Made by a program: the position numbers and the translations under genes. Positions 8,898 to 19,739 of a stretch of 64,000 nucleotides of DNA are shown piece after piece; the stretch's first letter is position 1, and each line of letters opens with the position of its first letter. The notes beneath the pieces were generated by a model. That model saw only the letters and a program-made list of their open reading frames with translations, had not been told where the DNA came from and ran no database searches. The stretch spans positions 288,001 through 352,000 of the forward strand of contig OY764216.1 in the NCBI GenBank assembly GCA_963668315.1, in the 5' to 3' direction. The stretch comes from Spirochaetia bacterium (GTDB lineage: Bacteria > Spirochaetota > Spirochaetia > DSM-2461).

Positions 8898-10514
8898 TCA
8901 GGAGGAAATCTCCATCTCCCGGTTCAAGTCGCGGCTGCTCTGCACCAGCTCATCGGCCAGGGCATGGATTTCCTTCATGGAAGTGCTTATTTTCACCGTT
9001 CCCAGGGTGATTTCCCTGGTCTCCTCGGAGATTTCCGCAGCCAGGGTCGAAATAGAACCTATGGACTCGTTAATGGAGATCTGGGCGTTATTGACCTCGA
9101 GGGACTGCTCGTCCACCCGGGAGGCGATCTGCCTCAGTTCTCCGGTGGATTTCAGGATGTCCCGGCTGCCCGTCTCCAGCTCGGAAGCGTTCCTGCCTAC
9201 CTCCCCTATGGCTTTGGCAAATTGTTCAATCTCTCTGAATATGTCTCCGAAGGCTTCCTGGGTCAGATCCATGGAACCGCTGGCCTGGGAAAAAGCCGCC
9301 AGGAGATCATTCAAATTCCCCGAAATCGTCGCCGCGCTCTGTGAAGTCGATTCAGACAGAGTTCTCACCTCTCCCGCCACGACGGAGAACCCCCGGCCCG
9401 CTTCGCCGGCATGGGCTGCCTGAATGGAAGCGTTCATAGCCAGCAGATTCGTCCGGTCGGCGATATCGGAAATGACCCGTGCCAGATCACGGATTCCCTC
9501 CAGCAGGTGGAGGACCTTGCCGAAGGCTTCCTTCGTCTCGAGCACCCGGGCTTCTCCCGACCGGGCTTTATCGGTCAGTAGATTCACTCCTGCGGCCCGG
9601 GTGGAAATAACGGTGGAGACATTGTTGATCGAAGCGACCATCTGCTCAATGGCGGCACCGGATTCGTCAACCCTGGAAGACTGTTCCCGGGACAGCTCGG
9701 TCATGATGGAAGCGGATTTCTCCACCCTTTCCAGGGCGGTCATGGCACTGCCCACTCTCTCGTTGAGCAGGCCGAAGCGGTCGTCTATTTTATGAATGTT
9801 ATCTTCAATGACATGGGTGGCGGCGGAAGTTTCCCCCGCGTCGGACAGGAGGTCCTCGGCCTTGGCCATCTGGGCGGCGGAACTCTGGTTCAGCTTCAGG
9901 GCCCATTTCTCCTTTTGCCGGGACTCTTCCATCGCCTTTACCGTGTTTCCCACGACCTTGTCGAAGATCAGGCGGAAGGCGACTAATCCGGTGGAAACGG
10001 AAATCACGGCGATCAGGGAATAGGCCAGATTCTCGATAGGCAGCGGTTCACCGAGCGCTCTGGAGCCGGGTACGGCCTTCAATAGGATGTACCCCCCGTA
10101 ACTGAGGAAATAGGCGGCGCAGAGCCCGATGAGAAGGGAGCGGTTCGTAATGAAAACGGCGCTGAACACCAGAAAGGAGCCGAGAATAAAACTGAACTGG
10201 ATAAACGATTCGGCACCGCTGTAGCTCCGGCTGATCTGCATCAAAAACATGGCCAGTTCCATAAGAGGGAAAAAGATATTGCTGACCAGTATATACTTTC
10301 CCCTCTGGATGCCTGAGAGAGCGGCAAGCATCAGGATAAAAAAAAGTGAATGGAGGACCATTCTTGCCAGGGGAGTATGGTTTTTAATATCGGCGGCGAT
10401 AAGAAAAACCGTCAGGGTAAGGAGGATATACAGGACCACCTTTAAGAGGGGCACCTTCATCTGTATATCCAGGGGTGAATCGTCATACTTTTTGTTATTT
10501 TTAAATTCGGACAT
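8898..10514 (-). CDS. Methyl-accepting chemotaxis protein with multi-TM N-terminus
   Basis: [34 protein letters not shown] hairpin; SD AGGAG before ATG 10514. Confidence 0.92.
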   Translation of the reverse strand: MSEFKNNKKYDDSPLDIQMKVPLLKVVLYILLTLTVFLIAADIKNHTPLARMVLHSLFFILMLAALSGIQRGKYILVSNIFFPLMELAMFLMQISRSYSGAESFIQFSFILGSFLVFSAVFITNRSLLIGLCAAYFLSYGGYILLKAVPGSRALGEPLPIENLAYSLIAVISVSTGLVAFRLIFDKVVGNTVKAMEESRQKEKWALKLNQSSAAQMAKAEDLLSDAGETSAATHVIEDNIHKIDDRFGLLNERVGSAMTALERVEKSASIMTELSREQSSRVDESGAAIEQMVASINNVSTVISTRAAGVNLLTDKARSGEARVLETKEAFGKVLHLLEGIRDLARVISDIADRTNLLAMNASIQAAHAGEAGRGFSVVAGEVRTLSESTSQSAATISGNLNDLLAAFSQASGSMDLTQEAFGDIFREIEQFAKAIGEVGRNASELETGSRDILKSTGELRQIASRVDEQSLEVNNAQISINESIGSISTLAAEISEETREITLGTVKISTSMKEIHALADELVQSSRDLNREMEISS

Positions 10515-10669
10515 TTCTTTCTCCTGGGAAGGAATGAATCTATAATATGTTCCCCCGCCCGGGCCTGTCAAGCCGATAAAAGTGAAGTTAAACTTTTGTT
10601 TTTACCGGCGAATAGGATTATAATTATAAGTGAGCTTGAATGTGATGCGACATTGCAAGGAGTGAAGCT

Positions 10670-11155
10670 ATGAGACTATGTAAAAAATGGGTCCTGGTTC
10701 TCCTGCTGATTTTCTGTGCATCCTGGGGACTTACGGCAATCGGATTGGATTATCACGTCGGGGCGGGAGTTTCCGTCCCCTTTGTAGAATCGCAGGCGAC
10801 CTTCGCCTTTCCCTCCCTCTATGGAGGCCTGGGAGCCAATCTGACTCCCAAACTGGCTCTGGGAGGGGAATACGAGGTATTCGGGTTCTACCTCCTCGGA
10901 TACGGAGCCTTTGTCCATATGCCCAAGGCTTACGTTAAGCTTGATATGGCTCCGCGGTTCACCCTTACCGGTGTAGGCGGCGTAGCCTTCCCCACGGTGT
11001 TCTCACCGGATTCTTCGGAAACCTTTACCGAGGCCAACGTAGGATTCGTCGGGGCAAGGGTGACCCTGTTCTTCATGAGCCTGGAGTACCAGATCCTGAT
11101 AGACAGGGATGTTCCCCTCTCCCTGCTCTCCCTCGGAATAGCGATAAAACGCTAG
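10670..11155 (+). CDS. Hypothetical exported protein, possible small beta-barrel outer-membrane protein
   Basis: Signal peptide, alternating hydrophobic beta-strand pattern, SD AAGGAG. Confidence 0.65.
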   Translation: MRLCKKWVLVLLLIFCASWGLTAIGLDYHVGAGVSVPFVESQATFAFPSLYGGLGANLTPKLALGGEYEVFGFYLLGYGAFVHMPKAYVKLDMAPRFTLTGVGGVAFPTVFSPDSSETFTEANVGFVGARVTLFFMSLEYQILIDRDVPLSLLSLGIAIKR

Positions 11156-11164
11156 GAAAGAGAA

Positions 11165-12847
11165 CTAATCCCGCGTGAGAGACCGGTATTTGATTCGATG
11201 GGGCTGATCCGCATCGACACCCAGGCGCCGCTTCTTATCCTCTTCGTACTCTGAGTAGTTTCCTTCGAACCAGAATGCGGCGCTGTCCCCTTCAAAGGCC
11301 AGGATATGGGTGGCGACCCTGTCCAGGAACCACCGGTCGTGGCTGATGACCACGGCGCATCCGGCGAAATTCTCAAGTCCCTCTTCCAGAGCACGGATCG
11401 TATTCACATCCAGATCATTGGTCGGCTCGTCCAGAAGCAGCACGTTGGCCCCCTCTTTGAGCATCATGGCCAGGTTGATTCTGTTCCGCTCTCCCCCCGA
11501 AAGGACTCCCACCTTTTTCTGCTGATCGGAGCCGTTGAAGTTAAACTGGGATACGAAAGCCCGGGAGTTCATCTCCCTGTGGCCCAGCTTGATGATATCC
11601 AGACCGTCGGAAATCTGCTCCCATACGGATTTTTCCGGGTCCAGTTTCTCCCGGGTCTGATCCACATAGGCCAGTTTGACCGTCTCACCCAGGCGGAGGT
11701 TTCCCGCATCGGGGGTATCCTGGCCGGTTATCATTTTGAAAAGGGTTGTCTTACCCGCACCGTTGGCTCCGATTATACCGATGATGCCGCCGGGGGGCAG
11801 CTTGAAGGACAGATTCTCATAGAGAAGGCGCCCGTCGAAACCTTTTGAGACGCCGTCCGCCTCAATAACCACATCACCCAGCCTCGGCCCGGGGGGAATG
11901 AAGAGCTGAAGGTCCTTCATCCTCTCCTCGTTCTCCTGGCCCAGAAGGCTCTCGTAGGAGTTCAGCCTGGCCTTGCCCTTGGCGTGCCGTCCCTTGGGGG
12001 ACATGCGAATCCACTCCAGCTCCTGCTTGAGGGTCTTCTGCCGGTTCGATTCGGCTTTCTCCTCCTGGGCCAGGCGCTTCTGCTTCTGCTCCAGCCAGGA
12101 CGAGTAGTTCCCCTTCCAGGGAATGCCTTCGCCCCGGTCCAGCTCCAGAATCCATCCGGCCACGTTGTCCAGGAAATAGCGGTCGTGGGTTACGGCGATA
12201 ATCGTTCCCTCGTAACGCTGGAGATGGTGCTCCAGCCAGGCCACCGACTCGGCGTCCAGATGGTTGGTCGGCTCATCGAGGAGCAGGATATCGGGCTTTT
12301 TCAGAAGCAGGCGGCACAGGGCCACCCGCCGTCTCTCACCACCGGAAAGGACCTTTACCGACGCATCGCCGGGAGGACAGCGCAGGGCGTCCATGGCCAG
12401 TTCCAGGCGGGAATCCAGTTCCCAGGCATCCAGAGCTTCCAGACGGTCCTGAACCTCCCCCTGCCTCTCCAGCAGGGCGTTCATCTCGTCGTCGGTCATC
12501 TCTTCGCCGAACTTCATATTAATGTCATCGTATTCTTTGAGCAGATCCACCGTTTCCTGGACGCCCTCTTCCACGATCTCGCGGACAGTTTTGGTCTCGT
12601 CCAGTGCGGGCTCCTGTTCCAGGTAGCCGATGGTGTAGCCGTCGGAGAGCACCGTCTCGCCGGTAATATCCGTATCGACCCCGGCCAGAATGCGCAGCAG
12701 GGTACTCTTACCGGCGCCGTTCAGACCGAGCACGCCGATCTTGGCCCCGTAGAAATAGGACAGGTAGATGTCCTTGAGAACGGTTTTCTGATTATGGGTC
12801 TTGCTGACCCCCACCATGGAATAAATTACTTTTTTGTCGTCAGCCAT
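11165..12847 (-). CDS. ettA: Energy-dependent translational throttle ABC-F protein EttA
   Basis: GAKIGVLGLNGAGKST, LSGGERRRVALC, GEGIPWKGNYSSWL, IPPGPRLG; two ABC domains. Confidence 0.96.
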   Translation of the reverse strand: MADDKKVIYSMVGVSKTHNQKTVLKDIYLSYFYGAKIGVLGLNGAGKSTLLRILAGVDTDITGETVLSDGYTIGYLEQEPALDETKTVREIVEEGVQETVDLLKEYDDINMKFGEEMTDDEMNALLERQGEVQDRLEALDAWELDSRLELAMDALRCPPGDASVKVLSGGERRRVALCRLLLKKPDILLLDEPTNHLDAESVAWLEHHLQRYEGTIIAVTHDRYFLDNVAGWILELDRGEGIPWKGNYSSWLEQKQKRLAQEEKAESNRQKTLKQELEWIRMSPKGRHAKGKARLNSYESLLGQENEERMKDLQLFIPPGPRLGDVVIEADGVSKGFDGRLLYENLSFKLPPGGIIGIIGANGAGKTTLFKMITGQDTPDAGNLRLGETVKLAYVDQTREKLDPEKSVWEQISDGLDIIKLGHREMNSRAFVSQFNFNGSDQQKKVGVLSGGERNRINLAMMLKEGANVLLLDEPTNDLDVNTIRALEEGLENFAGCAVVISHDRWFLDRVATHILAFEGDSAAFWFEGNYSEYEEDKKRRLGVDADQPHRIKYRSLTRD

Positions 12848-12890
12848 GCTGTGATATTACAGGAGGGGGGCCGGGAAAGGCAAGAGGCCG

Positions 12891-14495
12891 CTACAGGGTG
12901 TTACCGGCGGTAGCGTTAAGTTTCTTCGTAAAAGCCGAAAGCTCGGTGGTCATCTGCCTGAGTTCTTCCAGGGACCGGCGGATATCCCCGGAACCGGATT
13001 TGATCTCGTCTATACCGGAAGAGACCTCGTCCACGACCCGGCTCACATCGTCGATATCGCCGGAAATGGCCTGCCTGTCGCTGGAAACCCGGCTCACCTG
13101 GTTCGCCACCTTACCGGTGAATTCGTTCAGCCGGGCCGTGGATCGTAAAATCTCGCTGCTTCCCACGGAGAGCTCTTCGGTGCTCGAGGAAATCTCCTGC
13201 ATCGCCCGGGAGACCGATTCAATCTCGCGGCTGATCTCGTTAAAGGACTCCCCGGAGAGCTCTATATTCCTCCCGGAATTCCTGATCGCCTCCACCAGCT
13301 CCTTGATGATGCTGCCTATCTCCTTGGCGTTGACCGAACTTGACTCGGCCAGTTTGCGCACCTCATCGGCGACCACGGCGAATCCCCGTCCCGTATCCCC
13401 CGCATGGGCCGCCTCGATGGCCGCGTTCATGGCCAGGAGATTCGTCTGGGCGGCGATGGAACTTATCACTCCGGTCATCTTGTTAATGCTCTCGATACGG
13501 TCCATGACTTCGGCGAAGGAGTCCTGGGTCTGGGTGATCACCGCCTCCCCTGACCGGGCCGTCTCGCTCAGATTATTCACCGTCTCTTTGCGGGAATCGA
13601 TGATGGAGGAAACATTTTTGATGGAAGCCACCATCTCCTCGATGGACGCTCCCGTCTGGGTTACCGTGGCCGACTGCTCCTCCGTCGCCCCGGACAGCTC
13701 ACCCACGCTGGAAGAAATGCCCGAAAGGGATTCCTGGGATGACCGGGATTTTTCCCTCAGGGAGCCGATCTCCTCGCCTATGGTCTGCACGGTCCGCTCA
13801 ATCTCATAGGCGGCCGAGGCGGTCCTGTCGCTGAACTCATCAAGATCCAGAATGCGGGAAAACTGTTCCGCCCCGGCCTTTATAAGCTGATTATTGCGTT
13901 CCGTCTGCTCTCTGATCTGTTCAAACTGGGCGGCCGATTCTTCCAGCATCTTCTTGTCCACCCTGTCTCTGAACATAGAAAACATCTGGGTGCCCAGAAA
14001 ATACAGGAAGGGAATACCCATGAGATAAGCTCCCTCGGCCAGACTCCAATCGATTCTCCCCGTCAGAAAAAGCACCCCGAACCGTCCCAGGAATGAGACC
14101 AGAGCCAGAGTGACGAGGACGAATATGACCCTCTCGTCAACCAGAAGGAAAGAGGCCAGATAAAGGCCCAGAGACGCTCCGAAAAGCTGAAAAGCCGCCG
14201 CATGATCTCCGGTAAACCCTTCCGTCAGGGACACCAGGTTGAGAACGATAAAAAGGGAATAGGACGTAATAGAAGCGGCGACCCGAAAGTTCCCCTTCCG
14301 CAGGAATATCTGCGAGACCAGAAAGGCTATCAGCAAAAGGGGCAGAACCCCCGCTTTAATCCATGCCTCATCCAGTATTTCCACGACTTCGACAAGAGTG
14401 ATAAGAATAAAAAAAACAATATTCACCGCTTTCAGAACGGGGGCTTTCAAACGAATGGAGTACTCTTCCCCGGTATACTTTTTCACTATCTGCAT
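12891..14495 (-). CDS. Methyl-accepting chemotaxis protein with multi-TM N-terminus
   Basis: [38 protein letters not shown]. Confidence 0.93.
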   Translation of the reverse strand: MQIVKKYTGEEYSIRLKAPVLKAVNIVFFILITLVEVVEILDEAWIKAGVLPLLLIAFLVSQIFLRKGNFRVAASITSYSLFIVLNLVSLTEGFTGDHAAAFQLFGASLGLYLASFLLVDERVIFVLVTLALVSFLGRFGVLFLTGRIDWSLAEGAYLMGIPFLYFLGTQMFSMFRDRVDKKMLEESAAQFEQIREQTERNNQLIKAGAEQFSRILDLDEFSDRTASAAYEIERTVQTIGEEIGSLREKSRSSQESLSGISSSVGELSGATEEQSATVTQTGASIEEMVASIKNVSSIIDSRKETVNNLSETARSGEAVITQTQDSFAEVMDRIESINKMTGVISSIAAQTNLLAMNAAIEAAHAGDTGRGFAVVADEVRKLAESSSVNAKEIGSIIKELVEAIRNSGRNIELSGESFNEISREIESVSRAMQEISSSTEELSVGSSEILRSTARLNEFTGKVANQVSRVSSDRQAISGDIDDVSRVVDEVSSGIDEIKSGSGDIRRSLEELRQMTTELSAFTKKLNATAGNTL

Positions 14496-14617
14496 AAATC
14501 ACCTCTCCTGGAGACAATTGAATTGTTACTGGTTCATTTTAGAAGGCTATAAAGTAAATAACAAGAACATTTTATAAAAAGAGACAGGTGAGAACGTTCC
14601 GCCTATCCCGGCGGAAT

Positions 14618-14652
14618 TTGACATTCCCATTCTTCGGCCCTAAAATTTACCT
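14618..14652 (+). promoter_or_regulatory. Sigma70 promoter with ATG at predicted +1
   Basis: TTGACA-N17-TAAAAT-N6-ATG(14653); no SD. Confidence 0.8.
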
Positions 14653-17103
14653 ATGGCCCGGCATAGAAAGCCCCTCCTCCTTTTTCCTTTCATTCTCCTT
14701 CTCACCATCTCCTGCCCTTCGGCCAAAAGGAATTTTCTGAATAAAGAGGAGATCGCCTGGCTCAGGCAAAAGGGAGGAAAAGTCCAGGTCCTCTTCGGCT
14801 ATGAAGCCCCTCCCGACGCCTTTACCAACAGCCTGGGGACGTACGACGGTCTGCTGGTCGACTATTTCCGGGAGATAGAGGCCACCCTTCATATGTCCAT
14901 TCCCATGAAGATATTCCCCTCCTGGATAGATATCATGGAGTACTCCCGGGAGGGGGAGGACTATATCATCTTCGGTATAGTCGAAACGGAGCAGCGGAAC
15001 GAGTACCTGCTCTTCACCGACCCGTTCTACAAGCACCAGTTCAGCATCATCACCCTGCCGGACAGCGATATAGAAACACTGTCCGATCTGGAGGACAAAC
15101 GGTTTGCCGTGGTTAACGGATACGCCATCACGGAACTCCTGGCAGAGGACTATCCCGCTCTGGCCCCGATCCCGGTGGAAAACGACCTCATCGGGCTCAG
15201 GGCGGTGGCCGATGGGGAAATAGATGCCTTCGTGACCTTCAAACTGTACGGAATCTACGTGGCCGAAACCCAGGGGATTAAAGATCTGCGCATGATACCC
15301 CTGAGCGAATACAATGTGGAGTACCGCATCGCCGTCTCCCGATCGGACGCCACTCTTCGGAGTATCATGGAAAAAACCCTGAAGCAGATCAGCAACAGGC
15401 GAAAAAGGGAGCTGGATCTCAGGTGGAACAGCCTGAGCACCACAAGAATCAGCACGCGTCTCAAGGGGATCCTTTTCTCCTCCCTGGCGGCATTCATTCT
15501 TATTACGGCGGTGGTTTTTTTCTGGCTCTACCTCTTAAGGAAGGAAGTGAACCGGCAGACGAAGATCATCAGAGAAAGCGAGAAGAAATTCCGACGGCTG
15601 GCACAGAACCAGCACGCCCTCATCCTCTCCATTCCCGACGCCATGGCTATCGCCGACGAACAGTCGCGGATTATCGAGGCGAACGATATACTTTCACATA
15701 TGCTGGACCAGACGGAAGAGGAGATGAAGGGTAAAAGGGTCAGTGAAATTCTTCCCTTCAAATCGCCTTCCGATTATCTGAATCTGAAAAATATGGCGGA
15801 GCGGATGGTTTCCGGGGCCAGTCCCGTCCTCTCCTTCAACGCCGCCATACTCACGAAAAATGAGGAAGAGATCATACTGAGCATATCGGGAGCCCCCATC
15901 ATAAGCGAAGGGGATACACGACTGGGAGAGATATGGATACTCAAGGATATAACCGACCAGAGGACTATTGAAAATGAAGTCCTGGAATCCAGGAAGCTGG
16001 ATACTCTGGCGGTTCTCGCCGGCGGGATCGCCCACGACTTCAACAATCTTCTCACCGGTCTCTACGGATATATCGATTTAAGCCTTTTGACCGTGGACGA
16101 CAGGGAGGCTGTAAAAGAGAACCTCAACCGGGCGCTGAGCTCCCTGGACAACGCCAAGAAACTGACCGCCCAGATGCTCTCTTTCTCCCGGGGAGGCGAT
16201 GCGAAAAAGGAGATAATCAATCCCTCCAAATTCCTCCCCGAGACCGCGGAATTTTCTCTGCACGGCAGAAATATAACCCTTACGACGGATTTCGAAGAGA
16301 ATCTGCCTTCCCTTTACGCCGACAGGGGACAACTCAGTCAGGTCATAAGCAATCTGGTCATCAACGCGGGACAGGCCATGAAAAGCTATGGGGAGATCCG
16401 GATATCGGCTTATCGGGAACAGAGGGAGGACCGAACCTTCCTGCGCATAAGTGTGAAGGATTCCGGCCCGGGGATTCCTCCCGATATTCAGAAAGAGATA
16501 TTCAAGCCCTATTTTACCACGAAAAAGGAAGGGAACGGCCTGGGGCTGGCTTCTTGCCGGACGATTATTGAAAACCATAACGGAACCATCGGTCTTGTCT
16601 CTTCGCCGGGGGAGGGAGCGGAATTCATCATCACCCTGCCCGTATACGATACGGGGGAGAGGGAAGGGCCCGATGAAGTTCCCCTTCCTATGAAGGACAC
16701 GGCGATCCTGGAAGAGACGGCTCTCGTCCTGGAAAAGAATAAGGATATCCGATTGATCATGAACCATTTCCTAGGAGAGATGGGCTTTACCGTTCAGAAT
16801 GTCTCAACCACGGGAGAGGCTCTGAATCTGTATAGCCAATCGATGGACAGGCAGCGTCCCTTCGGACTCGTGCTCGTCGACATAGCCTTTGACCACGAAC
16901 CCTGCCTGAATTCCCTGGCCCAGAAGATCAGAAGAATCAACAGGAACGCCGTGGTCATGGCCACTAGCGGTTCCCTTGACCGGGAAGAGTTGATTACCCC
17001 GGAGAAGTGCGCCTATTCGGGCATACTGCTGAAACCCTTTTCCTTTGCGGATTTTTCATCCGCAGTGAAACAGGCCGTCAGCAAAGAATCGGACAAGACC
17101 TAA
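14653..17103 (+). CDS. Hybrid sensor histidine kinase (periplasmic binding-protein domain, TM, PAS, HisKA, HATPase, REC)
   Basis: GGIAHDFNNLL H-box, NLVINA, DSGPGI, FTTK, GNGLGLA, C-terminal receiver with VD and KPF. Confidence 0.92.
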   Translation: MARHRKPLLLFPFILLLTISCPSAKRNFLNKEEIAWLRQKGGKVQVLFGYEAPPDAFTNSLGTYDGLLVDYFREIEATLHMSIPMKIFPSWIDIMEYSREGEDYIIFGIVETEQRNEYLLFTDPFYKHQFSIITLPDSDIETLSDLEDKRFAVVNGYAITELLAEDYPALAPIPVENDLIGLRAVADGEIDAFVTFKLYGIYVAETQGIKDLRMIPLSEYNVEYRIAVSRSDATLRSIMEKTLKQISNRRKRELDLRWNSLSTTRISTRLKGILFSSLAAFILITAVVFFWLYLLRKEVNRQTKIIRESEKKFRRLAQNQHALILSIPDAMAIADEQSRIIEANDILSHMLDQTEEEMKGKRVSEILPFKSPSDYLNLKNMAERMVSGASPVLSFNAAILTKNEEEIILSISGAPIISEGDTRLGEIWILKDITDQRTIENEVLESRKLDTLAVLAGGIAHDFNNLLTGLYGYIDLSLLTVDDREAVKENLNRALSSLDNAKKLTAQMLSFSRGGDAKKEIINPSKFLPETAEFSLHGRNITLTTDFEENLPSLYADRGQLSQVISNLVINAGQAMKSYGEIRISAYREQREDRTFLRISVKDSGPGIPPDIQKEIFKPYFTTKKEGNGLGLASCRTIIENHNGTIGLVSSPGEGAEFIITLPVYDTGEREGPDEVPLPMKDTAILEETALVLEKNKDIRLIMNHFLGEMGFTVQNVSTTGEALNLYSQSMDRQRPFGLVLVDIAFDHEPCLNSLAQKIRRINRNAVVMATSGSLDREELITPEKCAYSGILLKPFSFADFSSAVKQAVSKESDKT

Positions 17104-18089
17104 AACCCGTCCACTTCCACCCCTTCCTTTCGGGCTTTTTCGAGAGCAGTCCATCCCCGCTGACCGGGATACCGCACGCCCCGGCCTCCCGGAACCGGCT
17201 CGCTTTCCAGGACCCAGTCCATCAGCTCCTCCATGAGCGCCCCGTATCCCTCCAGATCGCCCAGTGCGGCAATATTAAGGGCCATGACGTGCACGTTCTG
17301 TCCGCCCTCCCCCTCCTTATTGATCGGAAGAGCCCCGGCCGCCGCAGTCAGGGCCTCTATGAGCATGGCCAGGGCCGTTCCCCTGAATCCGTAATGCTCC
17401 CCGCCGAAGGGCATAATCGTTCCTCCCCTCTCGGTCACCCGCGGATCGTCCGTCGCCTCACCTTCCCCGGTCCGGTAGAGCTTCTCTTCAGTGCGCTCCC
17501 CCGCCTTCCGCATCCTTACCGTTTTACCCATGGAAATGGCGGCGGTGGAAAAGTCGGCCACCACCGGCCTGTCCCGGTACGCGCCCTCCCCCAGGGGAAA
17601 GGAAAAAGCCATGGGGCTGGTATTGAACCGGGCCTCCCTGCCGCCGTGGGGAGCGGTAAAAGCCAGCCGGGACGTCTGGTTCCAGCTCATCATCAGAAAG
17701 CCTTTGCGGGCGTAGGCGGCCAGATGGTAGCCCATGGTGCCCACCCAGCCCCCGTTGGTCAGGGAAACAAAGCCTACACCGTGCTCCTCCGCCAGGGAGG
17801 CGGCTTTTTCCGATCCCCAGAGTATGGGCTCCACCGCAGGTGTCAAGGAGCAGTCCGCCGCCGCCAGGGCCCCGAAACTCCGGGTCACGCGGGGGGGGAT
17901 GATCCTGTCCGGATGCTTCCGGATATTCTCTATCATGCTGATCAGGGGAGGAAGCCCGTGGGTATCCGTGCCGAAGCCGTGAACTTCTATCTGAGCCCGG
18001 GACATGGCGCGGGCCCGCTCCTCGCTCACCCCCAGACCGGTCAGCTCTTTCGTATAGTGATCAATCAATCTGTCCATGGTGACAATCAT
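17100..18089 (-). CDS. Ldh_2 (malate/L-lactate/ureidoglycolate dehydrogenase) family oxidoreductase
   Basis: GTDTHGL, APHGG, DFSTA, PFGG..GFRG..L, VRYPG. Confidence 0.85.
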   Translation of the reverse strand: MIVTMDRLIDHYTKELTGLGVSEERARAMSRAQIEVHGFGTDTHGLPPLISMIENIRKHPDRIIPPRVTRSFGALAAADCSLTPAVEPILWGSEKAASLAEEHGVGFVSLTNGGWVGTMGYHLAAYARKGFLMMSWNQTSRLAFTAPHGGREARFNTSPMAFSFPLGEGAYRDRPVVADFSTAAISMGKTVRMRKAGERTEEKLYRTGEGEATDDPRVTERGGTIMPFGGEHYGFRGTALAMLIEALTAAAGALPINKEGEGGQNVHVMALNIAALGDLEGYGALMEELMDWVLESEPVPGGRGVRYPGQRGWTALEKARKEGVEVDGF

Positions 18090-18200
18090 TTCCTCTATCC
18101 TCCCTCAGATGAGTCGTCCTTTGCCCCACTATATCAGGCCGCCCCTCCTCCGTCCATAGATCTGTTCCTTCTCCGGATTTATGGTATACTACCCTGCGAT

Positions 18201-19112
18201 ATGGACGGAAAGAGCTCACTGGCGCAGAAGATTGCCGAATATGACTACCTGGACCTGCACATCCACCTTGAGAATGTGCCCGGAGAATTTCTGTGCTCCG
18301 ACGTTCTCTACTTCGCCTCGTCGGTTAACGGCGCTTCCTATGACAGGATTAAGACCCTCTCCGACAGGTTCCCCCAGGTCATTCCCCAGTTCGGCATCCA
18401 TCCCATGAAGGCCGCGGAGGAGAGCCTCTGCGGGGATAATACCTTGCGTCTTGTGAAAGAGTGCGGCCTTATCGGGGAGATCGGCCTGGATTTCCACTGG
18501 GTGGAGGACCGCCGCACCGACACGGCGCAGAGGGCGGCTTTCAGAATGTTTCTCCAGGCCGCGGCGTCCACGGGCGCCCCTCCGGTGATCCACACCAAGG
18601 GGGCCGAGGAGGAAATCCTTACGCTCCTGGACGAATATTCCATTGGCAACGCCCTGATCCACTGGTATTCAGGGCCGCCCTCCCTCCTGCCGGCCTATGC
18701 AGAACGGGGATGCTTCTTCACCGTCGGGCCCGATGTTCTCGCCGGAACGGAGACGGCCCTCCTTATTCCCCGGGATCGTCTTCTCTGCGAAACGGACAAC
18801 CCCACGGGCGTTCCCTGGATTACCGGGGGGAAACCGGGAGGGGACGACATCAAAAGGGTTTACCGGGGGACGGCGGATCTTCTGGGAGTGAGCGAGGAGT
18901 ATCTGGTCAGGCTCTGCCGGGAGAACGCCCTCAGTTGGCTTGATTGCCAGGGCAGAGAAAAACCAGGGGACAGTGATCGCAGTCGGGCTTGCGGGCGAAG
19001 CAGTATTTGCGTCCGTGAAGGTTCACCCCCATGGAGAAATCGGACTGGATCTCCCGGGGAATCGCCCGTACCAGCTGCTTCTCTATCTTCTCCGGTTCGG
19101 TGTCGTTCGTAA
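18201..19112 (+). CDS. TatD family hydrolase/nuclease
   Basis: DLHIH, GIHP, IGEIGLDF, IHT, IHWYSG, LLCETD. Start trimmed from the 701-aa ORF; the C-terminus overlaps nth. Confidence 0.88.
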   Translation: MDGKSSLAQKIAEYDYLDLHIHLENVPGEFLCSDVLYFASSVNGASYDRIKTLSDRFPQVIPQFGIHPMKAAEESLCGDNTLRLVKECGLIGEIGLDFHWVEDRRTDTAQRAAFRMFLQAAASTGAPPVIHTKGAEEEILTLLDEYSIGNALIHWYSGPPSLLPAYAERGCFFTVGPDVLAGTETALLIPRDRLLCETDNPTGVPWITGGKPGGDDIKRVYRGTADLLGVSEEYLVRLCRENALSWLDCQGREKPGDSDRSRACGRSSICVREGSPPWRNRTGSPGESPVPAASLSSPVRCRS

Positions 19113-19563
19113 ACCCCAGTCTTCGGCTGACCCTCTTGAAATGGGTGTCCACAATAATGGCCGGTTTGTCAAAGATGTGATAAAGGATGACGTTGGCCGT
19201 TTTCCGCCCGACTCCGGGAAGAGCCGTCAGAGCTTCCATGGTATCGGGGAGGGAGTTATCGCCCCTCTCCTTCAGAGCTTCGGCGGTCTTGATGATGTTG
19301 GCGGCTTTCATGCGGAAAAACCCGGTCGGCCGGATAAGGGACTCCACCTCGGCCGGATCGGCGGCGGCCAGCTCGGCGGGGCCGGGAAAGCGCCGGAAGA
19401 GTTCGGGAGTCACCCTGTTCACTCCCGCATCGGTTGTCTGGGTCGAAAGAATGACCGCAATTAGAAGTTCAAAGGGATTCCGGTAGTGTAGAAGGGGGCG
19501 GCGATCGGGATACTCCTCATTAAGGATTTCCGTAACCTTCCGGGCTTTCTCGGCCTTCGTCAT
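18931..19563 (-). CDS. nth: Endonuclease III
   Basis: FELLIAVILSTQTTD, HhH LPGVGRKTAN, VDTH, C-X6-C-X2-C-X5-C Fe-S loop. Confidence 0.95.
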   Translation of the reverse strand: MTKAEKARKVTEILNEEYPDRRPLLHYRNPFELLIAVILSTQTTDAGVNRVTPELFRRFPGPAELAAADPAEVESLIRPTGFFRMKAANIIKTAEALKERGDNSLPDTMEALTALPGVGRKTANVILYHIFDKPAIIVDTHFKRVSRRLGFTNDTEPEKIEKQLVRAIPREIQSDFSMGVNLHGRKYCFARKPDCDHCPLVFLCPGNQAN

Positions 19564-19739
19564 CTCTCCACTCTCCCTTTTCATCCGTCTTGCCGAAAGA
19601 ATACCCCCATAAGACATTCCAGGTAAAGTCCCGCTCCTTTCTGCTCAGGGGAATCTCCTGTAAAAATCAACAAGCCATTAGCCATAATCGCGGGAATGCT
19701 ATATAATTGAATGAAATATATTATTCAAGGAGAGATATT

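Noticed and set aside
17007..18200. 701-aa ORF suggesting a large TatD fusion
   Set aside because: The first ~400 codons are antisense to the Ldh_2 gene; TatD motifs begin only after 18201
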